Positions 40,236 through 53,001 of a DNA stretch of 64,000 nucleotides are shown piece after piece. Every line of letters begins with the position of its first letter. Position 1 is the first letter of the stretch. The notes beneath the pieces are model-generated. The model searched no databases. It was not told where the DNA came from and was given only the letters and a program-made list of their open reading frames with translations. The position numbers and the translations under genes are program-made. The stretch covers positions 159,217 to 223,216 of the forward strand of contig NMRA01000397.1 of assembly GCA_002633005.1 (NCBI GenBank), given 5' to 3'. The DNA is from Phoronis australis. Taxonomy: Eukaryota > Animalia > Phoronida.

Positions 40236-40716
40236 TGCGAAGATTGTGGACGTGAAGCGTTACCTTCGAAGTGTGTGCAATGCTCGAGGCGGTTTACTCG
40301 TAGTGCCACGGTGTGGGGACCTGTACTATGTGTTTGGACTGGTCATGTGGAGTACGGCGTCGTCATGAGCAAAATGGACAAAAATTCCCCGACAAGGCGT
40401 ACTTTATGAGATCGTTTACCTCGTTACACATGACTTTTTGCAATGAAACTGTTGTCATGCACTCATGCATTGGAAGAGTAATAGTTGAATGTGACCTTAA
40501 TTTTACTAATAGGGTCCCTATACTGACTATGCTCAAGAGATTTCACTGTTTACACATTGTCAACGATAAACTTCGAGTGACAATTTTGTTTGTCTATTTG
40601 TTGTGTTTGAGTACCACCATGTAACCATAGACACAACGCGCATGAGGAGTATAGTTGACATTTGTAATTTGTAGTTTAATTTATGTAGCATCTTGTGACA
40701 CTTACTCTCAAAATAT

Positions 40717-42583
40717 CTGTAAGGACTAGTCATACTCGAGTTTTGCGTGACTGTCCGAACTCGTCATGAGCAACTGATGTACGGTTTCGCATTGAGCCGG
40801 TGGTGTTTTCAACTTATTGTTGTCGTCTAATTATGCATCAATACGTGCAGAAAGTAACTCATTCCTATACATATAAACCAGTATCTTGATAATTAATGTC
40901 AAATGACTCTGCGATCGGATTCCCGGCCAAAAACTTGCTGTCCGACCTACTGCATAGACTATATCTCCCAGAAATAACTGAGATTTGTTGGTTTCTACGA
41001 GGTAAACCATGTAAATTTCCCAGCACTGAACTTCAAAGATTAGCTAACTGTTGCAACGAGTTCGAACTGGAGGAAATATATAAAATTCTCACACAACAGA
41101 CCACAAGGTTTGGTGCGAAAATGACTCATTATACCGATTTCCACATTTGTCATGTGGGACCGCCCGCCTCATTGAATTCCTCCAGTGACAGTTCACGTCG
41201 CTTCTTAGTGGGACTAACCCTTTCAATCTCAGTGACAAAATGCCACATATTTTGTACCGGAATATACATTCTTTCAACTCCAAGCGCAGACGAGGTGAGG
41301 ATTTGTTAAAACACTTGCCCCTAATAGACTGCGGTTGTAACAGATTTCTCAGTTCCTCTACCTTCTCATTTTCCTGTTTAAGTATTTGCTTTCCGTCTTC
41401 CAAATTTGGTTCATCTTCGTAGCCGAACAAGTCAATCTCCCCCAGTTTTAGTTTTCCCGACATTTCCTCTTGCCGTCAAAGCTCAACTGACACGCACTGG
41501 CTTTGGGAGTGACATCAACAAGTTCAGGAATACAGGAGTTATAGAGTTACCCACTTTTGACGTAGGCAGTTGCTTAACGTTTGGCACGGCAGGCAAAGTT
41601 TATTTTCGATTCTAATGAATCTCCTCCAGATTTCATACCGATATGCTTGAACCCTCACATGAATCTCACAATTTCCAATGGAAAAGTTTGTATCCGATCC
41701 GCCAAAACTTCACAATGTCGTTCGAGTACCTCATTGTTACGGTGTTGTCAAGGGTAACAATTCTGCCACATCTAAAAACAGTAAGAACGCTATGTTGTCT
41801 AAGGGGAACGTGCCATCTGCTGTCATCCAATTAAACTTGACCCAGCTGTCTCTTGAAATCCCTATTGTTTTCAAAGCATCGATCGCGCGTGGTGCGACAT
41901 CACATATTTCTTTTATTGCACTGTAATTCTCGTGCTAAACCCGTCTCTATATCCCTTACGCACTCTTTTCGCTAGGTGTATTCTTCATCTTTGTCTTGTT
42001 CTACTTTTGACTTCTTCGAAACGGGACTCTTGTGGTCAAACTCTTTTTCTGGCATAGATATCTTTTGCTTGACCTGGTTTCGTAGCTCTCCACCAAAGCA
42101 GTGTTGGGAATGCACCCATATTTTTTACTCATAAACATTCCAAACCGCTTTGTTCATGCAATGTTAGATACAGTCATTGTATCTAATCCTTAGAACTTGA
42201 TCATCGTTATCTGCGATGCCGTGGCCAATTACTCCAGCAAAGTGATCTGTACCAACACAAAAGTAACAGCATTTGAAGTTGATTGATCGGAAACAACTGC
42301 AAAATGTTTTCACATCTATTTCACTCTGTCCACAATGGAATGACAATGGCGTAACACTTCTTACCTGTGTTCTCACTTTATACACCAAATTGCAAATACA
42401 TCCAATCTTTCTCAAGTCACCCATGTGACTATACTCCTCGAGAACTTCTGTTATTATAAAGTTAAACGGTCTATTCTGATTAAAATTTGATTAATTATCA
42501 ATCATCTCACTGACGAGTTCGTACAGTTTTCAAAAATCTACTCATGACGAGTCCGTACAAATGGCTCAGGCGAGTCCGTACAG
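40717..42583 (-). mobile_element. Unclassified TIR element with repeated subterminal motifs and a disrupted ORF
   Basis: The right end has three CGAGT(C/T)CGTACA motifs (42505-42583) and the left end has inverted degenerate copies (CTGTAAGGACTAGTC; TGTCCGAACTCGTCATGAG). A minus-strand frameshifted ORF lies at about 41089-41930. Confidence 0.55.
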
Positions 42584-45500
42584 TAGTTAGTCTAACTGCC
42601 TAATTTACACTTTCCATATGTTTGTGAATCAAACACACTTTTAACTGAAACTTTTGCAGCACATGCACCTGTTCATAAAATATTACTTACAGTATGAAAT
42701 ATATTAAATCAACGACATAATGCATCATTTTATAACAAACTTCAGGGCCGTAGGAAGCCGGGGGGGGGGGGGGGGGGGGCACNNNAAAAAATTTTCAGGC
42801 GTCAGGGTTAAACCGTGGCAACCGACATAGGTGAGGGGCCGGGGACAATCGAGAAAAGAAAGACTGCTAAACATTAAACATGGATACGAGAAAAAATTCA
42901 AGAGAACTTTTAACAACCCTGCTTCAGTGCATGGTTTACCTTTTGAGGATCCTGGCAAGGACATAGCCGTTAGGGTCTCCGCTTTTGCAGCACAGGTCGT
43001 TTAAACTCACACATTTAATTCGTAAAATCGAGAAAATTTGTAAAGCGAAGCTTTTGGATATTCAAATTCAACAAGTCAATTTTGCGAATGCAAAACTACA
43101 TATTTCCTAGTAAGGGATATAACGGAGACAATTTTCACTTTATTTTTTTCTCGAAACTGGATATCATTTAAGAAAAAAGGATGATCTGATAGATAACATC
43201 AATTGCTGCGCATTTCCTGATATTTGAAAATATAGATATTTTCATATTTAGGGGTCCCGCCGTTAAAGGAGGCCATTGATTACATTCAAGTGGCCACCTT
43301 TTTGTGTTTTAATTGACAAATTTTTAAGGGGTCGCTTACGGAGACAGGGCCCAATGTTGGAATCGATTACCTCTATTTTCCTGTTTTTTTGGGGGGGAAA
43401 TCGTGCAACCGACTTTCATGTTGAAGGTCACTCCCTGCATTGTTTTGGGACCACACGACGGTGGAATGAACTGTCACTTTCTTCCAAGCTTAATGGTGTT
43501 TAGCCTTTCATCTTAAGGTGTCCCATTTCAGACGGTACCCTCTCTCGGTGAAGCAGTTCGGGGGAAATGTCCCTTTGTCCCTCTATAAATGTAAATCCGA
43601 CACTGCCAAGTATTCACGAGGGAAGTCGAGATTCCAACGTCATTAAAAAGAAACAGAAAACATTCATGCACAACACAGCCATTCGATCCCAACAACCAAA
43701 AATGTGAAAAATATAATAGGATTGCCGCCATCGAAAGGGTGAAATTTTGAAGAACGTGAAGACAACTACTTATGAATTACACAAAAGGAGTATTTCCGAT
43801 GGTTAGTTATAAAATAATGTTACTGTTTCCCGTAGTATCACAAGAATAGTATCTCTTTTGAAGAGGGTTACTATGATCGTTTGAAAGGAATCTCCACATT
43901 TGGTAAACACTACTGTCTGGGCTACTATTTGTAATGATCGTGTACATGTCGAAAGGGGTATTCAAAGAATTGTCGCAATCATAAACAAAGATTTCAGCGT
44001 TTTTTGTCAGTGGAGTTCAAGTTTACAACGTAAACCGTTGGAGGTACCTCTGAAATGAGCAAAAATACACCTTAATACGAACGCCCCATCTCCCATATTC
44101 CCCCGGTTACCCGTCAAAGTCTGCGAGCATGCATGCGGAAATTGCGCAAAACATTCCGTTTTGAGAAACAAATTCGTTGGTTTCTGATTTATTTGTTTAT
44201 GTATATACGAAAATCGATAGATTCATAGATGATTTTTGACTATTAGAAGCTAATCTTGTAAGAATTGATGATGTTTCAGTGAATTTAATTGCAGCCTGAA
44301 GTTGGCAAAACTCCAATCCCCAAACTTTAAAGTACACTTAGACGATTTTTGCATATCTAAAATAACTCTCAAAGACATTGAGGAAATTTGGACACACAAA
44401 ACGTAGATAGAAAAAAAGTTTTAAAAATCCTTAAATAAATAAAATTAAACTCATTGCTTGGAAAGGTTGTCTTTGCATTTCCTTGGTGTTTTTAGTTTCC
44501 AGTAGTATTGAGTAAAGAATTTTTGTTCCTCAAAACTGAATTGATTGATTGCCCTGATTCTCGTGCACGTCATGACTGACGTACCCACGTTAAAAATAAG
44601 ATGTAACCATGCAGTAGGCCCGCTCAGAATCTCAGTGATCCACGCGAACTGAATTTGAACTCCAGGTGTTCAGGAAGTGTGTTCATTTTTGGGACACACT
44701 TGTCTATCCTTTTCCCCAGCCACCAGAAACTGAACTACCGGTCGTGTTTCAACTACAGCCCCAAAGGCACTATACCAGGATCTTCGGGGCCTCACCTTTT
44801 CAAAAAACTCCTTCGAAGTATGACCCTAATAAAATAAAGTTTTCCAGACTCAAAACTGGAACACAATAAAACGAATCTTGACCTTAGGGCGAGCGCAGAC
44901 GGCCGGTACGAGCTGCCTGTCTCAAATGAATCACAGCTGAGTTGACCAGCAACTAGCTTTAGTTCATCGGTAATTTTGTATTTTCACACTGTTAGATCTC
45001 GGCTATAGCTACTTCAGGCAGCTCTTCTCTACCGGTCAGTGTACTGGTCCTAGGCCCATTCTTACTCTCCCCGTTGGTTCACGGTTACTCAACTGTTAAT
45101 GGCTGCATCCCCGGGATTGTCCCTAGGGCGGACGTGGGAGATTCGGTACAAATATGATGGCATCAGGAGCACGGGGGCGAGGGGGGAGGGGGTGGAGGTG
45201 GTGGCGATGGAGGATTATTTGGCGACGACGAAATGGTTCGTGCCACCCACAATAAATTTTGCCTTCCTACAGGCCTGAACGTTCCTGATTTTTTCACAGC
45301 ACCAAGGCTACTGACTCGGTATTACAGAGTTGCTGGTCACACTAACGTGAGAGGCACAGAACATTTTAAAGACAATTTTGTTCGATTGGTGTCGGTATTC
45401 CTCAGCACATAAAATTGCTCATGACGACGAAGTACTCCTCCGACCAGTCCGAACACGTGGTACATGACGGCGTCAAGTTCTGTCGTTCAGCAACTTTTCC

Positions 45501-45801
45501 AGACGTGAGGGGTTCTGAACTGCGTGCGATAAAATCTGGCTCCTTTAGTTTGTTAACTGCCCAGCACAGTTTTTTTGTCCCGTATGACAACTAGCAAGCC
45601 AATTATCTCTCAGGCTTCAAAGGGTTACTGAAACCTGCCAGAATGGATTGTCTTAACTTCTGTTGTAGGCCTAGTTGGGCGATTTTGGTGATTCAAAAAC
45701 TAAACATGATCAGCATTTGACAAGGAATTCATAAATGCTATTGGTTTATGTTCAAATATGTTATAACTTAACTTTCCTTTTTAGCAGCACAGCCCAGTCA
45801 G

Positions 45802-45862
45802 GCTCTCTCTCTCTCCCTCTCTCTCCCTCCCTCCCTCCCTCCCTCTCTCCCTCCCTTTCTCT
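45802..45862. repeat. (CT)n/(CCCT)n microsatellite
   Basis: Pure pyrimidine run ctctctctctcccctctctccctccctccctccctccc... Confidence 0.9.
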
Positions 45863-45958
45863 CGGCCTGCTCGGCTTCCACGAGGTTGCGCATATGTCAT
45901 ATCAAATTATCGGAAGTGGTTTCATTTCGTTACGCCGACAAGTTTTTAGTATTTTAAC

Positions 45959-46224
45959 CATGCGCGCACCCAGCCTTCAATATGGGGGTGGGGGCTCGAA
46001 TTCCTAGCCATGTGCACCTCATTACTGACAAAATAGTCAGTCGACTAAAAAAAATACCCCGAATGGAGCTGTACCTGCTGTGAATTTGAATTCTGCGTTT
46101 GCGACTTTTTAGTAGACTTTTTATCTCGTTTTCTCGGACTCTTTTGTTTCTCCGAGGCGGATCTTTTTGCCCGCTTCGCCAAATGGGGGGAGGGAGGGGG
46201 GGGGGCTCGAGCCCCCGCTGGCTA
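45959..46224 (+). mobile_element. Short MITE (family of 58293-58510)
   Basis: Begins CATGCGCGCACCCAGCCTTCAATATGGGGG and shares internal TCTCGTTTTCTCGGA...TTTTTGCCC.CTTCGCCAAA. Confidence 0.7.
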
Positions 46225-46234
46225 CTAGGCAATG

Positions 46235-46570
46235 GTGAGACTAATTGAATATAGACAGAGGTTTACTGTAGCCTGTGAATGGTGGTTTAGAATAGGCTTC
46301 TCCATCAATATAATGATTCAAGTATAATAACAATCTTGTTTGTCTTTCTCTCTGTCTGTGACACACTTCTAGGATGCACAGGATTCAAAATGGTATTAGG
46401 TAACACCATTTTGTAAGTGACAGGGCAACCTGCGCGAAAGTGAACATAGTCTGGCCAACGTAATGCTGTCTACAGGCAGAATGAAGACACATTGATGGAG
46501 AAACCTGTTCTAAACCACCAGCTCATATAGGCGACAGTACAAAACTGTTTCTATTCAATTAGTCTGTTAC
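46235..46570. mobile_element. MITE with ~80-bp imperfect TIRs
   Basis: AGACTAATTGAATA...TGGTGGTTTAGAATAGGCTTCTCCATCAAT is mirrored by ATTGATGGAGAAACCTGTTCTAAACCACCA...TATTCAATTAGTCT. Confidence 0.75.
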
Positions 46571-47692
46571 GTGCCATTCCCCTGGACTATTGAACACTGT
46601 GAGGTAAATCACAATGGAGGTCCGTATTCCGTATTCTGATCACACTTACCTAATGCCAATTGGACTTCATACGCAAAAGGTTACTTAGTTAAGCAAAATA
46701 AAAAAGGATTATAAAAATTGGACTGTGTTTAATATAAATATTTCAAAGTTTTCATTGGTTTGGGAAGACTGGAAAAAAGTGCTATCGTTGATAAAGTTGC
46801 ACATTTTACACCTAGGTTTGTTACATTGTGTGTTGCCAGTAGGTTTGTCATTTTGGTGTATATTGTCTCTGAATTTCATGCATTTTTAGCGTTACAAGTG
46901 GCCACGTGTCAACAGCAGAAAAGAAATAAATTTATTAAGCACGCAATTCTTTTGATATGACTAGGAATAACTGAAGTCACGTTGAGAACCACTTAGTCTT
47001 ATACTAGATAAGTTGAGTCGGCTTATTGAGAAATGGTAGGGTTCATCCTTAAACAGGAACTAGTTACAAAATTTGCAATACCTTTGTTTCTAACCGTAAA
47101 GAAGGTTAAAAAGTAAAGTTCATACTCTGTAACATAAGAACTGCGGAATATGTTAGCCTATTCAACACAACACGACCCAGCACAACAAATTATTCAATAT
47201 CTAACAATTACAAAAGTTTGTATATTAACTGGGTTCTGGTATGTTGAAAAAGGGCCAAATCCGTCCAACAAAATGCAGTGCGTACCAGCAAGTGAAATTC
47301 AGCCATACAAATGGTGAATAGGAAATGAAATTATGGCCTTTTAAATAACAACGCGGTGCTTATCAGTGTCGTTTTTAGTGGGGGGACAAGGGCATGCCCC
47401 CCTAAAATTCTCCCAGATTCCTTTTGGCAATTCGAAGGTGCAAACGTCTGACTGGCAAAATCTTGCCCCTAATAGGCTGCCCAGCCCCTGCATAACTCAA
47501 AATCCTGGATCCAACGCTGCTTACTATCTAAGTAAAATGAGCGGCCACACTTACAGCATAGTGTTACCAGGCACGAGGTTGCAGACTCGACTCGGTAATC
47601 GTACCCCATTTGTAGTGCACGTTTCCCGATATTAAGAAGTACCATGAAACTAAAATATTACTCGGTAAGACTACATATATTACTGGATTCAT

Positions 47693-47930
47693 TTAAATAA
47701 TGAAAAATATCGAGTAAAGATTCCTTTTGGAACCAAAGAACCGTACTTTGATGTGGTAAGCATACAGCCGGTTCGTTCGCATATATCACGGACTTGATTC
47801 AACCGGGTGCGTCCTCTGTCGTAGAATAAAACGAAAGAAAAGGTATCTGGGATTCCCAAACATCACATCAAGGTACTGCTGGGTAATTGGTTCCAAAAGG
47901 GATCTTTACTCAATCTTTATCATTACTTGA
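47693..47930. mobile_element. Small MITE with ~65-bp imperfect TIRs
   Basis: GAGTAAAGATTCCTTTTGGAACCA...GTACTTTGATGTG is mirrored by CACATCAAGGTAC...TGGTTCCAAAAGGGATCTTTACTC. Confidence 0.7.
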
Positions 47931-48446
47931 TAAGCGAGCAACATAGGTCACAGACAGTTTACTCCCTTAAAATGTTACGTTAAAGGGTGTTTATTACAAA
48001 TAGTTTTGTTTTGAGCGAATTATATTAGCATTTGTGTAGTGTGCCTATGCTCCGACCCGTATTGGAATCTGGCCCGTATTGGAATGATGACGTCATTCCA
48101 ATACGGGAAGTAGTTTCTGGCCCGTATTGGAATGAGCGGTCGTTGTCGTTTCGTTGCTCTTGGTTTGTTGAAGTGTGCAAGATTTCTTGTGTTAAATTCG
48201 TAAGATATAAGGTATTTTTAACCAGAATTGTGTTAGGTTTAATCAGGAATTTTTTCTACAGATTTTTATTGTGTTTCTTAGTGTTATTAGACACGTGTGT
48301 TGCACTGTTACAGACTTCATTTTCTCGACACGTGTATCAGCTTACCAGGCCCCTTCCTTACTGCTGGTTTTAACTTTTTTCTGTGTACTTGTTGCCTACT
48401 TTTGTGATTTATCTCATCAGTTAGTTTATACAAATGGGCATACGCC

Positions 48447-49048
48447 NNNNNNNNNNNNNNNNNNNNNNNNNNNNNNNNNNNNNNNNNNNNNNNNNNNNNN
48501 NNNNNNNNNNNNNNNNNNNNNNNNNNNNNNNNNNNNNNNNNNNNNNNNNNNNNNNNNNNNNNNNNNNNNNNNNNNNNNNNNNNNNNNNNNNNNNNNNNNN
48601 NNNNNNNNNNNNNNNNNNNNNNNNNNNNNNNNNNNNNNNNNNNNNNNNNNNNNNNNNNNNNNNNNNNNNNNNNNNNNNNNNNNNNNNNNNNNNNNNNNNN
48701 NNNNNNNNNNNNNNNNNNNNNNNNNNNNNNNNNNNNNNNNNNNNNNNNNNNNNNNNNNNNNNNNNNNNNNNNNNNNNNNNNNNNNNNNNNNNNNNNNNNN
48801 NNNNNNNNNNNNNNNNNNNNNNNNNNNNNNNNNNNNNNNNNNNNNNNNNNNNNNNNNNNNNNNNNNNNNNNNNNNNNNNNNNNNNNNNNNNNNNNNNNNN
48901 NNNNNNNNNNNNNNNNNNNNNNNNNNNNNNNNNNNNNNNNNNNNNNNNNNNNNNNNNNNNNNNNNNNNNNNNNNNNNNNNNNNNNNNNNNNNNNNNNNNN
49001 NNNNNNNNNNNNNNNNNNNNNNNNNNNNNNNNNNNNNNNNNNNNNNNN
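48447..49048. other. Assembly gap (602 N)
   Basis: Run of N. Smaller N runs occur at 42783-42785 and 60132. Confidence 0.99.
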
Positions 49049-49132
49049 AACAATCAATAATGAATCGTTTTTAACAAAATCTGCATCAGAGAGGCACTAC
49101 TGATGAATAACACTAAAGTGATTTAAAAGTGA

Positions 49133-50077
49133 AACAAGAGCAACACAAGGTGCTGAAATGCACCCATGACTACAATACAAAATGGTATGGTTCTAGGAAG
49201 TATCAAAAATAGCCACTAGGTGGTGCACGTATATTAAACTTGTACGGAAATAGGAAGACATCGTTATCTTCCTTACAAAATTTCATGAAACTCCATCCAG
49301 GAATTCTGAACATCAAGAGGCAAACACAAAGAACGAAATTGCCACACTAAGGCATGTCGGTAGTTGGATCCGTCCACAAACAAGTTGTCATCTGCTGCTA
49401 CATTCACAGGAATGTACTCATCATTTCTAACAAAAATCCTATTAATGTTTTAGAAGCTACAGCTTTGGATGTACATTAGTCGTGGTGATGTCAGTAGCAA
49501 AACATCTGCCAACTTTTTAAGGACTCTCTGAGCAGTTTAGCAGACAGTAGCCCATGCCAAAACAGGCTCTAAAAAACCAGTCACTAACTGTCGTCAATAA
49601 ATCCGCCCAACAGTAAAAAAGTGCTGCCGTCTATTTTATAAAAGCATAATTATTTGCAAAATTTCATGAATTTTGAGGTAAATGTAAAAAGTAAAAATTG
49701 CCACAAGGGGGCGCAGAGCAGAAGTCAGATCTGCCCGAAAGTCGTTGTCACTTGGTGTGACATTCATAGAAAAACACTTGCCAAATTTCACAAAGATCCT
49801 GCAAGAGGGTAAGGAGATACCGCTGGGGATGCAAAAAACAAAATTGTCACTAGGGTGCACCACAATAGTTGGACTGGTTGAAAATCAATGTCACATGGGG
49901 ACTTCTCAGCAGGAACACAGTCATTTTTCATAATGATCCTTCAAGCACCGAGTTTGAGGAGGACGCCGAAATAATAAAAATGACAAACAGGTAGCACAAA
50001 ATTCATCAAATCTACCTAAAAATGTTGCCCAGACAAAGATGGCAGCAAACTGTATCCACTATGAGAGCGCATAAAAA
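49133..50077 (-). mobile_element. HINE-like element (family of 9444-10733)
   Basis: Starts AACAAGAGCAACAC...GAAATGCACCC, contains GCCACTAGGTGGTGC and GCCACAAGGGGGCGC, and ends GCGCATAAAAA. Confidence 0.7.
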
Positions 50078-50508
50078 CTTGAGTCAGCAGCGGCAAAGTT
50101 TTAGCAAAAAAAAACATCAATGCTATGGGCTACTAGGCAGTGCTAATGAATAAAGGTACCTGTTTCTCACATTTGAATAGAGAGCAAAAAACAGTGATAA
50201 TTACATGGATCGTTAATGCAGGCCTTTCTAAGTGAAGGACCCTTGCTTCACTTATGACAAACAGTAAATTTCGAGATCCCCATACAACATCTGGCAATGT
50301 TGCACAAGAAAACACATGACCATTCGCTCAAGCATACTAATGAAACTCAGCTTTCAAAATGGAAGCACCCAAACCACAGTTTGGTGTAGTGCAGCAAGCA
50401 ACAACAAACACTACAATAATTCTGAATCAATATTCATTGATATGTATAGATAAAGAGCTATTTGGACGAAAGATCTAGAGTAACTTTGTTGCAGCTCTGC
50501 CAGAACAA

Positions 50509-50659
50509 TTACTGGTTCCCTTTATTCTTCCAAGAGAAAATATTGGCAATGTTTGTCCTTGATGAGGAAGATTTATCTTTCAAATCTTTAAAACCTTTCA
50601 TCATCTTTGATTTAACATCATCAGCATTTCCAGCTGCTGCCACAGGTGCTGTCGAGAAG
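50509..50659 (-). CDS. RELCH: RAB11-binding protein RELCH homolog, terminal coding exon
   Basis: ctgtttgcag|C TTC. (S)FSTAPVAAAGNADDVKSKMMKGFKDLKDKSSSSRTNIANIFSWKNKGNQ* resembles the RELCH end (SEDTKTKFLNKMGQL...LANVFQRKK). Phase 2 matches the upstream exon. Confidence 0.82.
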
Positions 50660-51213
50660 CTGCAAACAGATTTGCATGCATGAACTTTTGTTGTTACAAT
50701 AAAAAATACAAAAGCGATCTGAGAAATTGCGTAAAAATTCTTCAGTTTGGGACACAACATGTCATACAGGTGAAATTTCATTTTGTCAAAATTTCTCAAC
50801 AAAATAACCCACCAGGACATTTTACTTTGTTTTGGCATGACTTATGGTGTAGCTATTACCACACAACATTTGGTAAAAAAATGAGAATTTGCAAAGACAT
50901 GGTAAGCCTCTGAAAATTAAAAAAAAGGTAACTTTTGAAATTATTTTGGTCACAAATTGAAGAATTTCTAACGTAAGCCGAAAATAGCATTAGGTAATTG
51001 ATTCAGATATGTGCCCAACTCATTTTAAAACCCATCCCCCAAAGTTGACAACAGGTAGCTCTGAGTAAAAAGATGTCAATCCATTTCAGTTATGGTACCA
51101 TCACTTGACAATGGGGATAAAAGAAAAATACCCGTGTCAAAATGCCACATACCCGATAATACAAAACCAGAGGTAAAAGGAAATTTAGCGATATTTGTGT
51201 TTCAGCTTAAAAC

Positions 51214-52880
51214 AACAAGAGCAACACGGAGCGCTGAAATGCACCCACGAATGCACTGCAACCTGTGTGTCGTAAAAATGGCCACTAGATGGTGCAAAAT
51301 ACTTTGAATACATCAAAAAAACTGGAAAATGTCACCGTTTTATAACAGAAAGCTACTTACCACATTTCACAAAAATCCGTCAAGGAACTTTAGAGAAACA
51401 GAGGAAAACGGAAAAAATGAAATTGCCACTAGGGGCAGAGCGATTGTCGGATCTGTCTGAAAGTTTTGTCTTCTGTTGTCAACTTCATATAAAAGCACTT
51501 GCTAAATTTAATAAAGATCTTGCAGAGGGCTTAGGAGATACAGCTAAGGCTGCAAAAGAATAAAACTGCCACTAGGATGCACCACAGTAACTGAAATCGG
51601 AAAATCATTGTCAACTGCCCTCTTTACACTAAGAACATGGAATCCAATTTTCACAATCACCCTAAGAGTGGTTTGGTTGACAGAACGCGGTTGTCAAAAA
51701 CAAACTAGAAAACAGTAACAATGGCCACTAGATGACGCAAAATACGTCGAATCCATCTGACAACCGGAAAATGTCATCGCTTCCTTAAAAGAAAGCTATT
51801 TACCAAATTTCACGAAAATTCGTCCAGCAATTTTAGAGAAAAAGGAAAACAGAAAAAATGAAATAGCCACTAGGGGGCACAGTGGTCATCGGATCTGTCT
51901 GAAAGTCGTTGTCTTCCATTGTAAACTTCATATAAATGCACGTGCTAAATTTAATAAAAATCCTGCGAAGGGCTTGGTAGATACTGGTATGAGCGCTAAA
52001 AACAAAACTGCCATTAGGAGGCACCACAGTGGTCAAAGTCATCAGAAAATCATCGTCAATCATCTTGTTCATAGTAAGAACATACACGCCAATTTTCACA
52101 ATCATCCTTAAAGTGGTTTGGTTGACAGAGGGACAGACTCCAAAACAACAAAAATGACCACAAGGTGGCGCAAAATACCTTGAATCAATCCGAAAATGAA
52201 TGGCTAGCATCACCTTACTAATACATGCCAATCTCCCAAATTTTATAGAAATCCGTTGAGGACTTTTGAAGATACAGCGGTACACGTAAAAAACTAAAAT
52301 TGCCACTAGGGAGCGCACCGGTAGTCCGATCTGTCTGAAAGTCTTTATTGTCCGTTATGCATTTGCATTTATATCAATTAAAATTTTTAGGAGAAACAGC
52401 CATGAGTGCAAAAACAAACAAAACTGCCACACTAGTCAAAGTCGTTGGAAAATCCTCATCAACTATCCTCTTCATAGTAAGAACATACAAGCCAATTTTC
52501 ACAATCATTCTTAGAGTGGTTTGGTTGACAGAAGGATGGACGCCAAAAACAAATTCGAAAATAGTAAAAATTGCTGCTAGATGGCATAAAATGCCTTAAA
52601 TCCCTCCGAAAACGGAAAGATAGCGTCACCTCATTAATAGATGCCTCTGTGCCAAATTTCATGACAATCAGTTGAAGACTTTCTAAGATACAGAGGCAAA
52701 CAAAAAACTAAAATTCAGGTCAATCCAAAACTCGTCGCCCTCTGTCTTCAACCCCATAGGAACACACCTGCCAAATTTCAATAAGATCCTGCAAAGAGTT
52801 TAGGAGATACAGCCGCTGACGCCAGATGCCCAGAGATGATGGCAGTATGCACCCACATATAAATATGTGGGCACATAAAA
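51214..52880 (-). mobile_element. Full-length HINE-like element with ~145-bp subunits in ~440-bp trimers, in the last RELCH intron
   Basis: Both family ends are present (AACAAGAGCAACACGGAGCGCTGAAATGCACCC ... ATGCACCCACATATAAATATGTGGGCACATAAAA), with periodic GCCACTAG motifs between them. Confidence 0.8.
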
Positions 52881-53001
52881 CTAAAGCAAGCTGAAACATA
52901 ACTTTCAAGCACCAGAGACAATAGCAAAAACTCAGCTCTTAAACCAAACTATTTAAAGGTTGGTTTACCAACTACAGTGACAACAATGTTTGTGGCAAGT
53001 A

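Noticed and set aside
48271-49074. Long ORFs (208-267 aa) on both strands
   Set aside because: They are translations through the N gap.
50660-50838. N-terminal part of the 109-aa ORF at 50509-50838
   Set aside because: Upstream of the acceptor at 50660; only 50509-50659 resembles RELCH.
51833-52318. 161-aa hydrophobic ORF (and similar ORFs at 34-252 and 60535-60990)
   Set aside because: Chance frames within HINE-like subunits; the frame is not kept between copies.
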